Positions 1 to 8,899 of a DNA stretch of 64,000 nucleotides are shown piece by piece (the stretch's first letter is position 1; each line of letters opens with the position of its first letter). The stretch is from assembly GCA_045863395.1 (NCBI GenBank), contig BTVJ01000014.1:64001-128000 (forward strand), in the 5' to 3' direction. This DNA is from Myxococcales bacterium. GTDB taxonomy: Bacteria > Myxococcota_A > UBA9042 > JABWCM01 > BTVJ01. Under the pieces are notes generated by a model. It did not search any database, was not told the DNA's origin, and worked only from the letters and a program-made list of their open reading frames with translations. Position numbers and translations under genes: made by a program.

Positions 1-396
1 GCCCGCCCTCCGCCGCAGCTCCTGCATGAACCCGTCGCGGTCCTGCGGCGACACGAGCACGAAGGTCCCCTTGCCGTTCGGCTTGTCGTAGTCGATGCGG
101 ACGCGCCGCAGCGAGAGGGCGGGGGAGCTGAGCGGGTTGCTCGACGGCTCCACCGCGCGGATGCGGTCGTAGGGGACCCGGACCCGCGCGGGGCCGAAGC
201 GGATGACGAGGGCATCGTGGGTCAGGGTGAGGAAGGCGGCGATGGCGGTCTGCCCCTCGTGCCAGCCGAAGAAGGGGTCGAAGTGCCGGGCGTCCTCGGC
301 GAACAGCGCCCCGAGCCCCTCCCTGTCGCAGGCCTCGTGGAGCTGGCGGTGGCGGGCGCAGGCAGCCGCGGTGGAGTCTCGGTCGAGGCGGTTCAC
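1..396 (-). CDS. Bacterial PH-domain (bPH_5-like) protein with a SnoaL/NTF2-like N-terminal fragment; 3' end runs off the window
   Basis: Not in the ORF track. Hand translation from GTG at 396 gives VNRLDRD...GLGALFAEDARHFDPFFGWHEGQTAIAAFLTLTHDALVIRFGPARVRVPYDRIRAVEPSSNPLSSPALSLRRVRIDY...VSPQDRDGFMQELRRRAG. The NPLSSPALS..R..I.Y...ISP motif is typical of bPH_5. Confidence 0.65.
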   Translation of the reverse strand, partial: MNRLDRDSTAAACARHRQLHEACDREGLGALFAEDARHFDPFFGWHEGQTAIAAFLTLTHDALVIRFGPARVRVPYDRIRAVEPSSNPLSSPALSLRRVRIDYDKPNGKGTFVLVSPQDRDGFMQELRRRAG

Positions 397-512
397 GGCT
401 GGCGTCCCATGGACTTGATGGCGCCGACGCTACGAGAGCCCCGCCGGGAAGTCGACCGCCCTGGAGACCGACCCAAGCCAATCGAGCCGCCCTGTTCGGG
501 CTCCGCGCCCGG

Positions 513-2327
513 TCAGCAGTCCGCGGGGCAGTTGGTCTTGGTCTCCGGGCCGCCGCAGAAGCCGTCGCCGCAGCAGGGGAGGCCCACCGGGACCTGGCCG
601 CACATCGCGATGCCGCTCGGGCCCCCGGCTCCGCCGCACTGGTTGGCGCCGGGCCCGGGGATGTAGGTGGCCGGCGTGACGGCGCCGGCGGTCACCCCTC
701 CGCGGACGGGCCGGACCAGGTTGTAGATGCGGATCACGTCGCCCTGCGGGCCCTCGCCGTAGGGGTAGCTCGCCGGATCTCCCGCCTTCGGGTCGCTCCG
801 CTGGGCGCCCGCGCCGTGTACGTCGACGAGCTGCACCTTGCCGAAGGGGTCCTGCATGAAGCCCTTGGCCTCCCCGAACGCCACGTACACCGCCTTGGAG
901 CCGCCGCCGGCCGCGTCCACGTGGGTCGTGCCGGTCCAGTAGTAGCCCCACGTGGACGCGCCGCCCTCGTCGAGGATCGGGGTCGCCTGGAAGACCGGGT
1001 CGAGGGCCGGCGAGCTGCTCGACGCGGGGGAGCGGCCGTAGTCGACGATGCTCTGGAGCTCCTTCGCCGTGGGAAGCCGCCAGTCGTCGTGTCCGGCAAA
1101 CTCGAGGGACTCCGCCCACTGCAAGGCCTCCTTCCAGTCCAGCCCCGCTGCGCCGAAGGCCCCGCTGTCCTCCTGGAGCCACGTGAGCCCCGTTGCCTGG
1201 TCCGTGACGGTGCCGTCCCCGTTGTCGACGAAGGCGTTGTCCCCGTAGGCCGCCCCCCGCACGTACCGGGCGAAGAGGGTCATGGTCTTGCCGCCGACCA
1301 TGCCGGTCGGATAGCCCTTGATGCGGCCGTCGGCGAAGTTGACCCCGAACGCGAGGGTGCCGAGCTCCGACGAGCCTACATACACCGTGCTGCTCGCATA
1401 CTGTGCGTCGATGACGCGGTCTCCCGTGGTCGTGTCCCCGTAGGCGAAGTCCAGCACCGTGTTGTCGAGGAACGGCTGGATGTTGGGGCACATGGCCAGC
1501 GTCTCGCAGCAGGACGGCTCGATGCCGTCGAAGCGGATGAGCGAGTACAGCTCCTTGATGGTGGGCAGCCGCCAGTCGGAGTGTCCCGCGAGGGTCAGGG
1601 ACGCGGCCCCCGCCTGCGCCTGGGCGTAGGTCACCTTCGGTCCCGGGCTCTTCTGCCACATCAGGCCCGTGACGCCGTCCGTGACGGTGCCGTCGCCGTT
1701 GTCGGTGAGGCTCGGCTGGGCGCCCTGGTACCAGGCGTCCTGGCCGCCCCAGGCGCTGCCCGGCGTCGCGCAGGGGATCTCCGCGCTGGCGTCGAAGCAG
1801 CGGTCCTGCGCCGTGTCGACCACCGGCGAGCTGGGTCCAGCCCCACCCCCCTCGCAGGCCGCCATGGGGAGCCGGTCGCTCGGCAGGCAGCCGTCGAGGC
1901 TGGTCAGTCCCGCCCCGGCAGGGGTCCCGCAGCACACGGTGGAGGCGCACCGGCTGGCGGCGTAGGCGCTCCCCGCGCACGCGTCTGCGTCCGTCACGGA
2001 GAACCCGGCCGCCGTCTGGCAGCACACCAGCGACGTCGCCACGCAGCACAGCGCCGCCGCCTTGGCGAAGCGGCCGTTCGAGCACCGGGCGGCGACCGTG
2101 ACGGACGTCACGTCGCCCGACCCGCAGGCGTGGGCCGCGACCGCCGCCCAGGAGGCCTTGGAGCGGCAGAGCCCGTCCTCCAGCGCCAGGGTGGTGCAGT
2201 CCTGGATGGCGCGGGCCGGAGACTGCATGGACAACACCCCCGCGGCGACCAGCGCTGCTGGGGCCACGGATCGAGAGCGGCGCGCAGGGGGCGCGGCGCG
2301 TTGGACATCGAGGGATCGCGTCGTCAT
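513..2327 (-). CDS. Exported DUF1566 (Lcl C-terminal) domain protein, two copies, with Cys-rich termini
   Basis: Two DNGDGTVTD..TGL.W...WRLPT.KEL motifs and a C-terminal DVHGAGAQRSDPK. Start placed at ATG 2327, ahead of a signal-like segment. Confidence 0.85.
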   Translation of the reverse strand: MTTRSLDVQRAAPPARRSRSVAPAALVAAGVLSMQSPARAIQDCTTLALEDGLCRSKASWAAVAAHACGSGDVTSVTVAARCSNGRFAKAAALCCVATSLVCCQTAAGFSVTDADACAGSAYAASRCASTVCCGTPAGAGLTSLDGCLPSDRLPMAACEGGGAGPSSPVVDTAQDRCFDASAEIPCATPGSAWGGQDAWYQGAQPSLTDNGDGTVTDGVTGLMWQKSPGPKVTYAQAQAGAASLTLAGHSDWRLPTIKELYSLIRFDGIEPSCCETLAMCPNIQPFLDNTVLDFAYGDTTTGDRVIDAQYASSTVYVGSSELGTLAFGVNFADGRIKGYPTGMVGGKTMTLFARYVRGAAYGDNAFVDNGDGTVTDQATGLTWLQEDSGAFGAAGLDWKEALQWAESLEFAGHDDWRLPTAKELQSIVDYGRSPASSSSPALDPVFQATPILDEGGASTWGYYWTGTTHVDAAGGGSKAVYVAFGEAKGFMQDPFGKVQLVDVHGAGAQRSDPKAGDPASYPYGEGPQGDVIRIYNLVRPVRGGVTAGAVTPATYIPGPGANQCGGAGGPSGIAMCGQVPVGLPCCGDGFCGGPETKTNCPADC

Positions 2328-2380
2328 GGTGCAACCTCGCGTGAGTTCACGGGGGCGGCGTTGCCCCGGGCTGCGCCAAT

Positions 2381-2396
2381 CGCAATGGCCGTGCCA
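2381..2396 (-). promoter_or_regulatory. Sigma-54 (-24/-12) promoter of the DUF1566 gene
   Basis: Minus strand reads TGGCACG-GCCA-TTGCG, matching TGGCACG-N4-TTGC, about 54 bp upstream of the ATG. Confidence 0.7.
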
Positions 2397-2563
2397 TGTG
2401 CGCAACTTCATGGAACCACGACGACCTGCCCCCGGGTCGCCCGTCCGGCCTCGGGCCCCGCCTGCACGACTCGCGGACGAGGCTGCGAGATGTGCAGGTC
2501 GATTACCGGCCGCCGCTGTGGGTGACACCACCGCTCCTGCGGTGCTACCGAGCAGGGGGTCAG

Positions 2564-2754
2564 GAGCAGGGGGTCAAACCTACTCAGTTCTCATATTCTC
2601 GGCGAGGGCAGGGGGAGGGGAGGGGGTCGGGCAGTAGCAGAGCAGGGGGTCAAACCTACTCAGTTCTCATATTCTTGGCGAGGGCAGGGGGAGGGGAGGG
2701 GGCGGGCAGAGGGCAGGGGGGCAGGCACGGGGCCAGACCTGCTCAGTTCTCATA
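2564..2754. repeat. G-rich intergenic direct repeat, period 76 bp, two near-identical copies plus a degenerate third core
   Basis: GAGCAGGGGGTCAAACCTACTCAGTTCTCATATTCTYGGCGAGGGCAGGGGGAGGGGAGGGGG at 2564-2626 and 2640-2702; GGGGCCAGACCTGCTCAGTTCTCATA at 2729-2754. Confidence 0.9.
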
Positions 2755-2782
2755 GTGGTCCCGCAGGGGCGCTCGGGAGCGC

Positions 2783-3664
2783 CTACTGCGCCGGCACCGG
2801 CCCGTCGGCGGTCCAGCGGTAGAAGCCCTCGCCGGTCTTGCGGCCGAGCTTCCCTGCGCGGACGAGCCTGCGGAGGATCTGCGGCGGGCGGAACTGCTCG
2901 CCGAGCTCCCGGTGGAGGTGCTCGGCGATGGCGAGGCGGACGTCGAGGCCCACCAGGTCCGTGAGCTTGAGGGGGCCCATGGGGTGGCGGTAGCCGAGCT
3001 CCATGGCGCGGTCGATGTCCGCGGCGTTGGCGACGCCCTCCTGGAGCATGCGCATGGCCTCGAGCCCGATGACGAGGCCGAGGCGGCTGGTCGCGAAGCC
3101 CGGCGAGTCGCTGACCACGATGAGCTCGCGCCCCATGCGCTCGCCCACGCCGCGGACCGCCTCCACCACCTCGGGGGTCGTCTGCTGCGCGCGGACGATC
3201 TCGAGGAGCTTGAGCACATGGGGCGGGTTGAAGAAGTGCATGCCGACGACCCGCTCGGGGCGCGACGCCGACGAGGCGATCTCCGTCACGCTGAGCGACG
3301 ACGTGTTGGTGGCGAGGATGGCCCCGTCCGGCGCCCTCTGACCCAGCTCCTGGAAGAGCCGGATCTTCAGATCGATACGCTCGGGTACGGCCTCGATGAC
3401 CAGGTCCGCCTCGGCGACGGCCTCCAGCAGATCCGTCGTGCTGCGCAGTCGCGCCATGGCCTCGGTCCGTGCCTCGTGGCTGAGCTTGCCCTTGTCGACG
3501 CTCGTCGCCGTCGTCTCCCGGATGTGCCCGACGCCCCGGTCCAGCGCGGCCCGGTCGAGGTCCTGGAGGGTCACCTCGTAGCCGGACAGCGCCGCCACCT
3601 GCGCGATACCGTGGCCCATGGTCCCTGCGCCGAGGACCGCCACCTTCTGGATCGTGTACGTCAT
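2783..3664 (-). CDS. 3-hydroxyacyl-CoA (3-hydroxybutyryl-CoA) dehydrogenase
   Basis: GAGTMGHGIA Rossmann motif, EAVPE, NTSSLS, GMHFFNP, HPMGPL, GKLGRKTGEGFY. Confidence 0.95.
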   Translation of the reverse strand: MTYTIQKVAVLGAGTMGHGIAQVAALSGYEVTLQDLDRAALDRGVGHIRETTATSVDKGKLSHEARTEAMARLRSTTDLLEAVAEADLVIEAVPERIDLKIRLFQELGQRAPDGAILATNTSSLSVTEIASSASRPERVVGMHFFNPPHVLKLLEIVRAQQTTPEVVEAVRGVGERMGRELIVVSDSPGFATSRLGLVIGLEAMRMLQEGVANAADIDRAMELGYRHPMGPLKLTDLVGLDVRLAIAEHLHRELGEQFRPPQILRRLVRAGKLGRKTGEGFYRWTADGPVPAQ

Positions 3665-4452
3665 TCGCTCGTCTCCGGGCCGGCCTTGCGGGCGCGGCGC
3701 TCCAGGAAGGCCGTCATGCGGCGTTGCTTGTCGTCGTCCTCGAACAGGACCGCCTGGGAGGCGACCTCGAGGGCCATGCCGGCGTCCGAGCCGACCTCGG
3801 GCGTCACGTTCATCACGAGCTTGGCGAAGCGCACCGCCATGGCGCTGTTTCGCCCGATCTCGCGCGCGATCTCGTGGGCGACGTCGAGGACCACCTCGTC
3901 GTCCACCACACGGTTGACGAGCCCCATCGACAGGGCCTCGTCAGCGCCGATGATGCGGCCCGTGAAGATCAGCTCCTTGGCGCGGCCGGGCCCTATCAGA
4001 CGCGGCAGCCGGTACATGGCACCCGCGCCGGGCACGATGCCCAGGCCCACCTCGGGCTGACCGAGCCGCGCCGAGCGGCCAGCGACGCGCAGATCGCAGG
4101 CGAGGGCGAGCTCGCAGCCGCCGCCGAGGGCGAAGCCGCGGATGGCGGCGATGGTCGGCACGGGGAGCTGCTCCACCTCGCGGAAGAGGCCCGTGTTGAT
4201 GCGCCGCAGGGCGTCGAGCTTCGTGCGGTCGCGCAGCTCTGCGATGTCCGCCCCGCCGAGGAAGGCCCGGTCGCCCGCCCCCGTCAGGACGACTGCGCGC
4301 AGATCGTCCCGCTCCGCCAGGACGCGCACCGCCGCCCGCGCCTCCTCCACCATCTGGCGGTTCAGGGCGTTGCGCACCTCGGGGCGGTGGAACGTGAGCT
4401 CCGCGATGCCGAGGTCGTCGATGCTCAGGCGAATGGTCTGCCACGTCTCCAC
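3661..4452 (-). CDS. Enoyl-CoA hydratase/isomerase (crotonase family)
   Basis: GTG at 4452 overlaps the upstream stop. RPEVRNAL, GGADI, GFALGGGCELALACD, GQPEVGLGIVPGAG. Confidence 0.93.
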   Translation of the reverse strand: METWQTIRLSIDDLGIAELTFHRPEVRNALNRQMVEEARAAVRVLAERDDLRAVVLTGAGDRAFLGGADIAELRDRTKLDALRRINTGLFREVEQLPVPTIAAIRGFALGGGCELALACDLRVAGRSARLGQPEVGLGIVPGAGAMYRLPRLIGPGRAKELIFTGRIIGADEALSMGLVNRVVDDEVVLDVAHEIAREIGRNSAMAVRFAKLVMNVTPEVGSDAGMALEVASQAVLFEDDDKQRRMTAFLERRARKAGPETSE

Positions 4453-5489
4453 TATGCACCCTCCGTCACGAGGACCACCTTGCCGAACACCTCCCGCGCC
4501 TCCAGCAGGCGGTGGGCCTCTGCGGCATCGGCCAGCGGCAGGACCCGGTCGATGATCGGCCGGAGCCGACCCGCCGCGAGGTGCCCCAAGACCTCGACGA
4601 GCTCCCCCTTGCTGCCCATGGTGGAGCCCAGGATGCTCAAGGACTTGAAGAACACCTGCCGCAGGTTGAGGCCGACGTCGGCCCCCGTGGTCGCGCCGCA
4701 GGTGACCAGGCGGCCGTGCCACGCCAGGGAGCGCACGCTCCCCGCCCAGGTGGCGGCGCCCACGTGCTCGACCACCACGTCCACGCCCCGCCTGCCCGTC
4801 AGGTCGCGGACGGCGGCAGCGAAGTCCTGGCGCCCCGTGTCGAGCACGTGATCGGCCCCCAGCTCGGCGGCCCGCTGGCACTTCGCGGCGCTGCTCGCGG
4901 TGGTGATCACGGTGGCCCCCCACAGCTTCGCGATCTGGATGGCCGCGCTCCCGACCCCGCTGCCCGCCGCGTGGACCAGGACGGTCTCCCCGGGGCGGAT
5001 GGCCGCGCGCGAGACGAGCATGTGCCACGCCGTCAGGAAGGTGATGGGGACGGCGGCGGCCTGCTCGAACGTCAGCGCCGCCGGGAGAGCCAGGACGTTC
5101 TGGCGCGGCACCACGATGAAGTCGGCGGCGCCCCCGTCCCGGTGCTCTCCGAGGAGGCCGTAGGTCCGGCACTGGTTGTCGCGCCCCGAGAGGCAGGCGG
5201 CGCACGAGCCGCAGCTCACGCCCGGGGCCAGGACGACCCGGTCACCGGCGGAGAGGCCCGCCGCCCCAGCCCCGACGGCGTCCACGATCCCGGCCACGTC
5301 GCTCCCCAGGATCAGCGGCAGCGGAAAGGTGTGGCCGGGCACGCCGCGGCGCACCCAGGTGTCCAGGTGGTTCGCGCCGACCGCGCGGACGGCGACGCGC
5401 ACCTCGCCGGGACCTGGCTCCGGCGTCGGGATGTCTTCGCAGCTCAGGGCGTCGAGCCCACCGTGCGCTCGCACGAGCACTGCCTTCAT
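4452..5489 (-). CDS. Zinc-binding alcohol dehydrogenase / quinone oxidoreductase (MDR family)
   Basis: MKAVLVRAHGG, NHLD, structural Zn motif CGSCAACLSGRDNQC, AAGSGVG, FGKVVL; AGGAGG RBS. Confidence 0.92.
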   Translation of the reverse strand: MKAVLVRAHGGLDALSCEDIPTPEPGPGEVRVAVRAVGANHLDTWVRRGVPGHTFPLPLILGSDVAGIVDAVGAGAAGLSAGDRVVLAPGVSCGSCAACLSGRDNQCRTYGLLGEHRDGGAADFIVVPRQNVLALPAALTFEQAAAVPITFLTAWHMLVSRAAIRPGETVLVHAAGSGVGSAAIQIAKLWGATVITTASSAAKCQRAAELGADHVLDTGRQDFAAAVRDLTGRRGVDVVVEHVGAATWAGSVRSLAWHGRLVTCGATTGADVGLNLRQVFFKSLSILGSTMGSKGELVEVLGHLAAGRLRPIIDRVLPLADAAEAHRLLEAREVFGKVVLVTEGA

Positions 5490-5620
5490 GGGCGTCCTCC
5501 TTGGCGGAGCCGGGGCCGGATTGTAGCGAGGCGGGCGCCAGCGCGCCACCGTCGCGGACTTGTGTCGATGCCCCCCTTCCGGTGGAAGGCGACAGGTGCT
5601 ATGGTGAGATCACATGCGGC

Positions 5621-5803
5621 ACCCTGCAGGGTGCGAGAAGGGCGCAAAAAGCTTGAGTCCCTGACAATTAGAACGGAGTCTGTCCCTGGCCGTGGTGTGC
5701 ATGCCCGCCTTCGTAGCGGGAAGCCTGAAGCGGCCGACGCAATGGGCCCCACCTACACAGGTGTTGGGGTTCAGCGGAGCGCCTGGACCGGCCCACGTGG
5801 GAC
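5621..5803 (+). ncRNA. ssrS: 6S RNA
   Basis: About 185 nt with the delta/proteobacterial 6S pattern CCCTGC..GGTG ... GGCCGTGGTGTGCATGCCCGCC..GCGGGAAGCCTGAAGCGGCC ... CCCACCT ... GGTTCA ... CACGTGGG. Extended -10 TGCTATGGT upstream at 5597-5605 and a terminator downstream. Confidence 0.85.
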
Positions 5804-5809
5804 CGCATG

Positions 5810-5843
5810 GCCGCTGCGTCACCGACGCAGCGGCTTTTTTTTT
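5810..5843 (+). terminator. Rho-independent terminator after 6S RNA
   Basis: GCCGCTGCGTC-ACC-GACGCAGCGGC, a perfect 11-bp stem followed by T9. Confidence 0.92.
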
Positions 5844-6211
5844 CAGTTGAGCACCCGCCCGACGATCTTCACCAGCTCGCGGGGGGCGGTGAAGGTGCGC
5901 AGCAGCGTCTCGGTGCGGGCCCTCTGCTCCATGACCTTCGGGCCCCACTTCTCGGCGTGCCGGGTCTTCTCCTCCTGCGACAGGCCGGCGAGCACCTCGT
6001 TGCCCTTGCGACGGAAGGTGTCGATCTGCTCCCTGTTGCGGATCTCGTAGTCGGTCAGGGCTTTGAGGGCGGCCTCGTCGTTGCCCTTGTTCTGGTCGAG
6101 GAGGGCGTTGACCTCCATGATCCGGTCGAGGCCGGCCTCGGCGACCCGGTCGGCCTCGGTGCTGCATGCGACCAGGAGGATCATCAGGGCGAGGAGTGTG
6201 CGTCGGGTCAT
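5843..6211 (-). CDS. Helical lipoprotein of unknown function
   Basis: MTRRTLLALMILLVAC lipobox; GGAG upstream. Confidence 0.75.
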   Translation of the reverse strand: MTRRTLLALMILLVACSTEADRVAEAGLDRIMEVNALLDQNKGNDEAALKALTDYEIRNREQIDTFRRKGNEVLAGLSQEEKTRHAEKWGPKVMEQRARTETLLRTFTAPRELVKIVGRVLN

Positions 6212-6229
6212 CTCATGCTCCAGAAACAG

Positions 6230-6261
6230 AAAACGCCGCCCACGGGTGCGGGCGGCGTCTT
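6230..6261 (-). terminator. Hairpin terminator downstream of tRNA-Leu
   Basis: Minus strand GACGCCGCCCGCACCCGTGGGCGGCGTTTTCTGTTT: GC-rich stem plus U-rich tail. Confidence 0.65.
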
Positions 6262-6276
6262 CGGTGTCCGGCGTCG

Positions 6277-6362
<86 letters not shown>

Positions 6363-6399
6363 ATCGGCCAACGGCACGCCGCTCGACCGAACGGCGCAG

Positions 6400-6510
6400 T
6401 TTGTATGCCACGCCGCGCGGGATGTCAACAGCAAATGCGCTCGCGCCGGCGCCTCTGCGGACATCGTCGGCACCCGCGCTTTGACAGCCCGCGCGCTGGC
6501 GCCGTAGGAT
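6400..6510. promoter_or_regulatory. Back-to-back sigma-70 promoters for tRNA-Leu (minus) and the glycosyltransferases (plus)
   Basis: Minus: TTGACA (6428-6423)-N17-TACAAA. Plus: TTGACA (6481-6486)-N18-TAGGAT. Confidence 0.6.
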
Positions 6511-6547
6511 GCGCAGCCCCTGGACGTTCCATGCGGAGGCTCAGCAG

Positions 6548-7312
6548 ATGTACCGCGGCATGCGGGTGGCGGTGGTAGTGCCCGCCTACAACGAGGAGCG
6601 GCACGTCGAGCGGACGGTGATGACCGTGCCGCCGTGGGTCGACCTCGTCGTCGTGGTGGACGACGCCAGCACCGATGGGACCGCGGCGCGCGTCGAGGGC
6701 CTCCGGGACGAGCGCGTGCGACTTCACCGCCGCGCCGTCAACGGGGGGGTCGGCGCGGCGATCCTCGCGGGGTACGGTCGCGCCGCCGAGCTTGGCGCGG
6801 AGGCAGTCGCGGTCATGGCGGGGGACGCCCAGATGGACCCGGCCGAGCTGCCCGCGCTGCTCGACCCGCTGGCGGACGGCCGCGCCGACTACGTCAAGGG
6901 CAACCGCCTCGACCACCCGGAGCTGTGGACCCGCATGCCCAGGGCGCGGGTCATCGGGAACCTGGCGCTGAGCTGGATCACGCGCTTCGTCGCAGGATAC
7001 CCGGGGATTTGGGACAGCCAGTGCGGCTACACCGCGATCTCGCGCAGCTTCATCGTGCAGATCGACGCAGATCGGCTGTATCCGCGGTACGGCTTCCCCA
7101 ACGACCTGCTGGCGCACCTGCGGGAGCTGGACGCGCGGGTGGTCGACGTCCCCGTGACCCCCATCTACGGGGACGAGGCGAGCGGGATCCGCCTCCCCCT
7201 CGCCGTGTTCAGCCTGTCGTGGGTCCTCGCCCGCGCCTTCGCCCTGCGCCAGTGGCGCACGCACGTGCGGCGAGGCGTGCGGGAGCTGCCGGCCCGCGGA
7301 GCGACACGGTAG
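6548..7312 (+). CDS. Glycosyltransferase family 2 (DPM1-like)
   Basis: VVVPAYNEE, VVDDASTDGT, N.GVGAA, MAGDAQMDP, DSQCGY. Confidence 0.92.
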   Translation: MYRGMRVAVVVPAYNEERHVERTVMTVPPWVDLVVVVDDASTDGTAARVEGLRDERVRLHRRAVNGGVGAAILAGYGRAAELGAEAVAVMAGDAQMDPAELPALLDPLADGRADYVKGNRLDHPELWTRMPRARVIGNLALSWITRFVAGYPGIWDSQCGYTAISRSFIVQIDADRLYPRYGFPNDLLAHLRELDARVVDVPVTPIYGDEASGIRLPLAVFSLSWVLARAFALRQWRTHVRRGVRELPARGATR

Positions 7313-7317
7313 GGGCC

Positions 7318-8463
7318 GTGGGCGCCACCGGGGCGGCCCGCCCGCGTCCACTTCGCATCCTCTTGCTCACCACGTCGTGGCCGCGGACGCCGGAGGACCC
7401 GGCGGGGGTGTTCGTCGCCGAGCAGGTCGCAGTCCTGCGCGCGCGCGGTCACGAGGTGCAGGTCCTCCACCCGGAGGGGCCCACTCCGGGAGCGCCGCAG
7501 CGCGGGGTGCGCGCGGTCCCGTGGCTCCGTCCCCGGCGGCTGCAGCAGCTCGTCGGCGGTCCCGGCGCGCCGGAGCTGCTGGAGGGCACCCGGCGCGCGT
7601 GGGCGATGGCCCCGGCGCTCACAGCGGCGCTCGCCCTCGCGGCGGCCCGCGCGGGACGCCCCGACGCGGTGATCTCCCATTGGCTCCTGCCCTGCGGCGC
7701 CATCGGGGCGGGGCTCGCTCGGGCTCACGGGGTGCCTCACGTCGCGTTCTGCCACTCGGGTGACCTGTCCCTGCTGGAGCGTCTCCCCGCCCGGCGGCCG
7801 CTGGCCCGCTTCATCGGGGGCCCCGGGACGACGCTCGCCTTCGTCGCCTCCCACCTCCAGCGGCGGTTTGCGGACCTGGCCCCGGCACGCTCGGTGCTGC
7901 TGCCCATGGGTGTCGACGGGAGCCCGGACCCTCGATCGGAGGGTCCGGGAGGGCCCGCCCGCCGCGCCCTGGTCGTGGCGCGGCTCGTGCCCGTCAAGGG
8001 CGTCGATCTCGCGGTCCAGGCGGTGGCGAGGTGCCCCACCCTGAGCCTGACCATCGCCGGCGACGGCCCCGAGCGGGCCCGCCTGGAGGCGCTCGCGCAG
8101 ACCGTGGCCCCAGGCCGGGTGCGGTTCCTTGGGACCGTGGCCCCGTCCGTGGTCCGCACCCTCCTCGCGGAGCATGACGTCCTCCTGGCGCCGTCCCGGG
8201 TGCTGCCCGGGGGGCGCACGGAGGGGATGCCGCGCGTGATCCTGGAGGCCCTGGCGGCCGGTCGGCCCGTGATCGCCAGCGCCGTTGGCGGTGCGCTTGA
8301 CCTGGAGGGAGCGCGCGGCCTGACCCTGGTGCCCACGGGCGATCCGGTGCCGTTGGCCGCTGCGCTGGGGGGGGCGTGCCCACCAGCCGTGCTGCCTGAC
8401 CACCTCCGCTGGGGGCACCACGGCGACGCGCTGGAGGCCCTGCTCCATGGCGCCGCGCTTTGA
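7318..8463 (+). CDS. Glycosyltransferase family 4
   Basis: LLTTSWPR...AGVFV, SHWLLPCG, ARLVPVKGVD, EGMPRVILEALAAG. Start GTG 7318 is approximate. Confidence 0.88.
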   Translation: MGATGAARPRPLRILLLTTSWPRTPEDPAGVFVAEQVAVLRARGHEVQVLHPEGPTPGAPQRGVRAVPWLRPRRLQQLVGGPGAPELLEGTRRAWAMAPALTAALALAAARAGRPDAVISHWLLPCGAIGAGLARAHGVPHVAFCHSGDLSLLERLPARRPLARFIGGPGTTLAFVASHLQRRFADLAPARSVLLPMGVDGSPDPRSEGPGGPARRALVVARLVPVKGVDLAVQAVARCPTLSLTIAGDGPERARLEALAQTVAPGRVRFLGTVAPSVVRTLLAEHDVLLAPSRVLPGGRTEGMPRVILEALAAGRPVIASAVGGALDLEGARGLTLVPTGDPVPLAAALGGACPPAVLPDHLRWGHHGDALEALLHGAAL

Positions 8464-8596
8464 ATCGCCGGACCCGCCCACCCCGGAGCGGGACCTGCGC
8501 CACGATTTCGCAGCGTTCTCGCTGGCAAATCGCGGCGTCTTTTGGAATACTCGCGGGCCGCTCGGGCAACAACCCCTGAAACGACGGTGAGGACAC

Positions 8597-8704
8597 ATGG
8601 GCAAGGGATCGATGACGACGAAGATGAGGCAGCGGATCTCACAGGCCAAGAAGAAGGCGCGCATCAAGAAGCGCATCACGGTGGCGAAGCCCGGCAGGCG
8701 CTGA
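8597..8704 (+). CDS. Small highly basic protein (35 aa)
   Basis: Below the ORF-track length cutoff. GAGGA RBS, ATG, MGKGSMTTKMRQRISQAKKKARIKKRITVAKPGRR, TGA, with GC-ending codons typical of this genome. Confidence 0.7.
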   Translation: MGKGSMTTKMRQRISQAKKKARIKKRITVAKPGRR

Positions 8705-8899
8705 GCGCCTCTCCCGGGGTGGCACACCTTCGGGGGCTGACTGGCGGCCGACGTTCGCAGACGCGGGGTGGGCCTCTGGTTGTGCCTGGCGCGGACCCTG
8801 TGGTAGACGGCAGCCTGTACGAGTTTGTGGGGCGCGCCTGGGGGGAGGCCCCTGACGAGGGAGCTCGACGTGCCCCTGGCGGTCCCGTGCGGAGCAGCG

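Noticed and set aside
2564..2754. Possible mini CRISPR array
   Set aside because: Nearly the whole 76-bp unit is repeated, so there are no unique spacers of CRISPR length, and no cas genes are present.
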